A stretch of DNA of 64,000 nt from Balanoglossus misakiensis (Eukaryota; Animalia; Hemichordata), in assembly GCA_040954595.2 (NCBI GenBank), contig CM082598.2:3107154-3171153 (forward strand). Direction: 5' to 3'. The notes under the pieces were generated by a model. That model was not told the origin of the DNA. It ran no database searches and was given only the letters and a program-made list of their open reading frames with translations. Every line of letters begins with the position of its first letter. Positions within the stretch are counted from its first letter, which is position 1. Made by a program: the position numbers and the translations under genes. Of the stretch, positions 63,210-64,000 are shown piece after piece.

Positions 63210-64000
63210 ATTTTTCTGTTTGAAAAACACGAAAGGAAATAACTCCTTTAAGTAAATACAATACGTATAGATTGTACCGTTCAAGCTCCAATCTACTCGA
63301 TTTGGTCTTGGTGATAACACATCTTTCATCAGAAGACTCTTATACTCAATATATCTATCTATCAACCAAACAGTCAGTCAATCAGTCTGTCTGTCAGTCT
63401 GTCTGTCTGTCTGTCTGTCTGTCGGTCTAGCTGCATGTCTGCTGTCCTATGACCAGTCAGTGTACGATACGCAACATGCATTTACTGTAATTATTTTGTT
63501 CACGGTAGAAGCGCTGATGATAACTGTGCTGTTTCCTCAGTGGTGGAAAGTTTGTGCACATACACATACACGGATAACAGAGCCGACACGCGGGGGCATA
63601 TTCTATCAACTTTGTACGTTTTCCAGCTTCCGCCTTTCATTGAGGAGAGACACTGTGGATGTCATTAGACGGGACATTTTCAAGGATAAGTAACCTGAAT
63701 GGCCTTCCAAGGTTGTTTCTCTCTCGACCCAATTGACTGGCAATGTCATACGCTTGTTGCGAAACAAAATTGTCAACAACTCACACGGTGCCATTGCTAG
63801 ATAGATGAATTTACGAGTGGTTCGCAGAAGTTGTGTGTGTGTCTATGTATGTAATACAGGGCATATGTAGATAGAGTTGACTACACTGCCGGACAGTGTC
63901 CATCTTTCGTGGTCCACGCAGTAGTTTCATAATTTATTGCTATTTTAATTTAAAATGTTTTCCTGTTTTCTTTACTTTTTACTATTTGTTGATTGTAATT

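Overview
Eukaryotic, intron-rich, microsatellite-rich animal DNA. The peptide types suggest a marine invertebrate deuterostome, probably an ambulacrarian such as a hemichordate (inference). Hand-splicing at GT/AG sites with matching phases gives four complete genes and one partial gene. (1) A 10-exon + strand secreted mosaic protein of about 623 aa at 6475-11835: signal-PAN-EGF-TSP1-TSP1like-linker-TSP1-CCP-CCP-C-type lectin. (2) A 2-exon - strand prepro-neuropeptide of 255 aa at 30531-17991, encoding 13 non-amidated WK[G/A]GLF-type peptides between KR/KK sites; I cannot assign it to a named family and it is the best novelty candidate. (3) A - strand dilp7/relaxin-like insulin-family gene of 140 aa, CDS 48223-43394, with a probable TATA-driven non-coding first exon near 56.8 kb. 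(4) A - strand IGF-like gene of about 369 aa at 63209-61357, with a roughly 260-aa charged C-terminal extension. (5) A lone - strand signal-peptide exon at 1929-1810 whose gene runs off the window. The four - strand loci form a co-oriented cluster of secreted peptide genes. The rest is intronic or intergenic DNA with microsatellites, small TTAA- and TAA-flanked MITE remnants and a dispersed element carrying a 62-bp tandem core. I found no supportable rRNA, tRNA or CRISPR array.
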